Shown: one piece after another, positions 35,425 to 39,822 of the stretch
Layout of the letters: every line of letters starts with the position of its first letter
Numbering within the stretch: position 1 is the first letter of the stretch
Assembly (NCBI RefSeq): GCF_006345805.1
Contig: NW_021835867.1
Span: forward strand, 1-39,822
Source of the DNA: Octopus sinensis
Taxonomy: Eukaryota
Length of the DNA: 39,822 bases
Direction: 5' to 3'
The notes under the pieces: generated by a model
The model's input: the letters and a program-made list of their open reading frames with translations, nothing else
What the model was told of the DNA's origin: nothing
Databases searched by the model: none
Position numbers and translations under genes: made by a program

Positions 35425-35525
35425 AGAGCAAAGTTGATCTCGGCGGGATTTGAACGCATAACTAAAACATACACAACTAGACATCAGAAGCCGTCCCAAT
35501 GCTCTACCGATTATACCAACCGGCC
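35425..35525 (-). mobile_element. Decayed SINE-C head/body
   Basis: gcaaagttgatctcggcgggatttgaac is the reverse complement of gttcaaattccgccgaggtcgactttgc with few changes. Confidence 0.6.
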
Positions 35526-35699
35526 AAACTACAATTAAAGTAAACAATGTTGAAACTAGACTAATGTCAGCTAATTAGCAACAATAGAGTAAGAGTTTAA
35601 TTAGACTAGTTTCGACTAATTGTTGTTAAATAATTCCTCACTTTGAGCAACGTTTTAAAAATGTCCAAGGCTTGGCTGGACCTCAACCACATACTAAGA

Positions 35700-35840
35700 C
35701 CATCACCACCACCACCACCACCACCACCACTACTACTACTACTACTATTACTACGTTCGTCACCATAACAACGCCCAGCACCAACACTACTATTAGAATC
35801 AAGATCACCATCATCACTATCTCCATAGTAATAATAATAA

Positions 35841-35910
<70 letters not shown>
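35700..35910. repeat. (CAC)n/(CTA)n/(TAG)n microsatellites
   Basis: Directly visible. Confidence 0.9.
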
Positions 35911-35912
<2 letters not shown>

Positions 35913-35955
35913 AGGGTTGTGATTAGTAGAGAAGCTTTCCTTCCCACTATCAGTA

Positions 35956-36085
35956 ACTTTCATCCTTTCAGGCTTGATAAAATGTAGTACCAGTCAAATA
36001 CTGGTGTCGATGATATCGACTCAGCCCCCTCCCTCCCCCTTCACCACCCCTCAAATTTGATGGCCCTTCTGCCGAAATCAGAAAG
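35956..36085 (+). mobile_element. SINE-C-related fragment, diverged
   Basis: ctttcatcctttcaggcttgataaaatgtagtaccagtcaaatactggtgtcgatgatatcgact. Confidence 0.7.
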
Positions 36086-36435
36086 TTTTATTTTCATCTG
36101 ACGGCGTGCTCGTGCTTTTGTGCGCACTCGTGTGGATAATATTATATATATATATAATAAATTAATAAATAAATAATATGCATATATACATACATATATG
36201 TACGTACCTACCTCTACATGTATATACACATGCATATATGGGTACAGAACACCAAAAAATACGTCGAACACAATGAGAAACGAAAACATAAACACAAAAA
36301 CAAGGAAATGGACATTTCTTTTAAACAACGAAAAAATAGAGTACAGGACATACAAAACAAAGAATACAAGAGCGAGAGAGAGAGAGATGGGTGGATAGAT
36401 AGATACATAATAAACAGATATATATATATATATAT

Positions 36436-36724
36436 TATTTATTTATGCGCCCTTTTGAAGCCTAGCCAGGCTCATGAGCCCGGTTTCCCGGTTTCTGTGG
36501 CCTTCCCCCATCCCCCGCTGGACGGAACCCCAGTCCATCGCAGCGTTACTCAAGAAACAGGAAGAAAGAGTGAGAGAAGGTTGGGGGCGAAAGAGTACAA
36601 CAGGGGTCGCCGGAGCCTCGTGGAGCTTTAGGTGTTTTCACACCCAACACCTAGTCTGGGAATCGAAACCGCTATCCTCTGACCGCGAGTCCGCTGCCCC
36701 AACCACTGTGCCATTGTGCCTCCA
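36436..36724 (-). mobile_element. SINE-B copy with tail T2
   Basis: Reverse complement aligns with 25260-25517; ends gggcgcataaataaataa. Confidence 0.9.
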
Positions 36725-36760
36725 CAATATATATATATACATACATACATATTAGATAGA

Positions 36761-36816
<56 letters not shown>

Positions 36817-36956
36817 TAGACAGACAGATAGATTGGCAGAGGGACAAATAGAGGTGGACATGTTCATATACATACGTACATATGTGTGGTGAAAGTGCAG
36901 TGATTTACAACAGTTGCAAACAATATCTCTTAACTGTGAAACCACACACACACACA

Positions 36957-36989
<33 letters not shown>

Positions 36990-37332
36990 CACACACACAC
37001 ACACACACAACACACACACACACACACACACACATGTCTCGTTTCTTTGCAATTTGAAAACGTTTCATTTCTCGAAATTATAGACTTGTTTTAATAATAG
37101 GTTCCATGGTGAGTTATAAGCAGTGTTATTGAAACGGAAAAGTCGAGGAGAAGTCAATAAGCCAGTACGTTCGATCGATCGATCTTGTGACAAATTGACT
37201 TTCTACACAAACACACACCAACTTGCTTGAAATATTCAAATTCAGAAACCATTCGCTTGCTTCCTGAGAGTTACCATTTTTTGATGTGGTCGGATATTCT
37301 CAGAGTTAAGTCCGCCGTGTCTGTGTCTAGAA

Positions 37333-37533
37333 CAGTGCATTTCAACCTTTTTACTGGAGCAGAACCCCAAGAAAACATTTCACTGGCTCGAGGAACCCCT
37401 GTGCAATAATTTAATTGTTTTATGCACACATATCTGCACAGGAGAATTAAAAATTACTGTCGATTTTAGCATTTTTGTAACTTCTTGCGGAACCCCTGGA
37501 CTGTACTGGCGGAACCCTGGTTGAAAACCACTG
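37333..37533 (-). mobile_element. hAT (Charlie-like) MITE, copy 2
   Basis: TIRs CAGTGCATTTCAACC / GGTTGAAAACCACTG and perfect 8-bp TSD GTCTAGAA (37325-37332, 37534-37541), matching the NTCTAGAN target preference. Confidence 0.92.
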
Positions 37534-37636
37534 GTCTAGAACATTGAATTCTTGACTAACCCGTATAAGCCTTCTTCGAGAGGAAGCTCAATCAATTTGG
37601 GTGTAAATAGGTATTATGAGGAGGTGCTGACTACAT

Positions 37637-37971
37637 CAGTGGGTCTCAACCATTTTTTATTTATGGATTTCTTTGATTATGATCTTATTCTGGTGGACAA
37701 CCCGTCCTATAACCATTCGATGTTTAAAGACTAGTTTTATAGAGATTTCTTTCAAAATTCCTGTTTTGTTATCCTCCCATTAACTCGTATTGCTTGAACT
37801 ACGTAAAGCGTTCGAAAAAGAGATTTGTTCCTTTCAGTAGACACATTTAAATCAAACCTTACATGGACGCTTTAAATACGACTGCGGACCGCCAGATTAC
37901 TATTTTGCTAGCGTGAACTCCACCTTTTATGGACCTCCAGAAGTCATACGGACTCTTGTAGGGAACCACTG
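37637..37971. mobile_element. Older hAT-type MITE (second family)
   Basis: Ends CAGTGGGTCTC / GGGAACCACTG; flanking 8-mers gactacat / aactatat (6/8). Confidence 0.75.
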
Positions 37972-39120
37972 AACTATATGGATGTCGATAAGTACCATAA
38001 GAAAGTGCATTCGACCCTGTTGTAACTGAGAACCACGTGGACGTGCAGCTCCCTTGTTTATATTATACACAAATAATTGCCGTGTGGTAAGTAGAATCTA
38101 CGAAACTATACATAGAGTACCATGTGGTGAAAGAGACCATGTAGCTAAGCTTATAATAGAAACCATGTAGGCAAACATTTAATAGATATCATGAAACTAG
38201 TCTTTAAGTAGCCAATCTTAAAATAGATATCATGTCGCCAAGATTTAAGTGGCTATCGTGTGACAGGTAAGGTGATGTGTTGGCAGTGTCTTTACCTCGT
38301 ATTGAGGTAGACCCAGCTTGGTGTATACAGGCACAATGCGGATGTAAATTTCCCCTAGTTGTAAATAGATGCTGCGTGGTAGGTAACATCTACTTCGCAG
38401 TAAGTAGCAACCATCAGACGGTATAGACCACCTTGCTTTAAATGAGTACCACACCAAGTAGCGATAAAGTAGATGTTACGGTACACACTGGTGTTTCGTT
38501 AACCTATTGTGCTAAGTTGAAACACTCCCACAGAGAGGACACGGCCCAACTTCTTGATATAATCTACATGAAAATGAGGTCCACTAAAATTCAATGTGTT
38601 TTGGCACTTTCCTATGTTTTTTCTGTGAGATGACTACTCAATTCAGTATGATTGACGAAATTCTTTGAGGCCGTACTCCAGTATGGCCATCATCTATCGA
38701 CTGAAACCAATAAAAGAAGTGTATGTATACAAGAGTAAGACTATGTGAGTTATATAATAACGATTGCGGACAGAAGTAGCTTATTTCACACTTTCTAAGT
38801 TGGAGTCTAACAATTCGGAGATCAAATCCTAGGGCGATCAAACATGATTTCCCTCCATTTTCAGAAATATCTCCACCGAAACGTCACCAATTAGACCATT
38901 CCACTGTTATTTCTAAGGTTTACATACTCACCAAATTCTAACGCCTGTAGCAACATACGTAGGTTAAAGACTTGAAAGATATTAATTAATTAATTAATTA
39001 ATCGATTGATTAATTAATTAAAATTATCCTGTTGATGATGCAAAAAAATCATTAGTTTAACTAATTCTTGTCCAGGAAGACAGGAGTTATAACTTAGTTA
39101 AATTAATGTAATTAAAAATA

Positions 39121-39256
39121 GAATGTAGGCAAAGGTAGCAGAGTACGAGGTAATGTATTAGAGTACAAAGCAATGCTGCTGAGTTCAAAGTACTGCGTTA
39201 GAGTACAGAGTAATGCATTAGAGTACGAAGGACTTTTAGAGTTCGGATAATGTTTT
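39121..39256. repeat. Degenerate 20-bp minisatellite (~6 copies, approx. taatgcattagagtacaaag)
   Basis: gagtWc recurs at 39141, 39161, 39181, 39201, 39221 and 39239. Confidence 0.75.
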
Positions 39257-39822
39257 TCCGGGTGAGACTCGACTAATGGAAGAGTACAATTAAGAGTACA
39301 ATCCATCTCCGTTCGTCTGAGGAATGCTGCCAGGAGTTTGAGAGTATGTAGGAGGAGAGGGAGCATATTGAAGGATGGGTTGGGGCGAGCGACCATAATA
39401 GAAACGGTGGAATGAAGGGGGTGCCGAGGAGGTGGTGGTGGTGCCGTAATATAAACAACGCACGGCGTGACGTTAACGTTAAGATAGGATCTGGTTTCCT
39501 TTGCAGCTATTGTTTACATGATCTTTATAGAATGTCTTAATTAGATATATAGAGGTGGTGGTGGTGGTGGGGAGAGGAGTACAGAGAATATAGGGAAGGT
39601 AGACGGAGAGGGGGTGGGGAGCAGACGGGGGTTAGGGGTTACGGAGGGGAGATTAGGAAGGGTGTGGGCGCATTCATTCATTGATAGAGAAATCTTGAGA
39701 GATACCTAAGGAGAAACTGAAGAAAGCACACACACACACACACACATACACACACATAAATTCATACATACATACATACATATGTGTGTAGTAACCGTAA
39801 TAATAGTATTAGTGGTGGAGGT

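Noticed and set aside
38115-38234. Short direct repeats (accatgt x3; aatagatatcatg x2)
   Set aside because: Small local duplications with no element structure between them.
39121-39256. CRISPR-like regular spacing
   Set aside because: Eukaryotic context, 20-bp total period, spacers similar to one another, no cas genes.
39627-39641. gggttagggg telomere-like unit
   Set aside because: Only one TTAGGG; not an interstitial telomeric array.

Overview
AT-rich, microsatellite-saturated eukaryotic non-coding DNA (intergenic or a large intron). The SINE and microsatellite make-up strongly suggests an octopus (coleoid cephalopod) genome; this is an inference from recognised repeat sequences. No credible protein-coding gene is present: almost all ORFs in the track are translations of (CA)n, (TA)n, (TATG)n, (CAT)n, (GGT)n or (CT)n tracts or of SINE bodies. 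The only recognisable coding remnant is a short Dong/R4-type LINE C-terminus. The window holds at least three tRNA-derived SINE groups (my labels A, B, C), several with TSDs, plus hAT-type MITEs with 8-bp TSDs, a pogo/Tigger-like end, a DINE-1/Helentron-like element and a probable LINE 3' UTR. The most notable signal is seven dispersed, mutually unrelated type I hammerhead-ribozyme folds on both strands, plus one decayed mirror copy. One has an intact core and some lie inside inverted repeats; they probably derive from Penelope-like or retrozyme-like retroelements. Also notable are a 184-bp SINE-body concatemer bounded by a single 23-bp TSD, a locus-specific ~260-bp foldback, SINE head/tail swapping, and an AP-1-site-rich degenerate minisatellite. 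All folds and alignments were done by eye.
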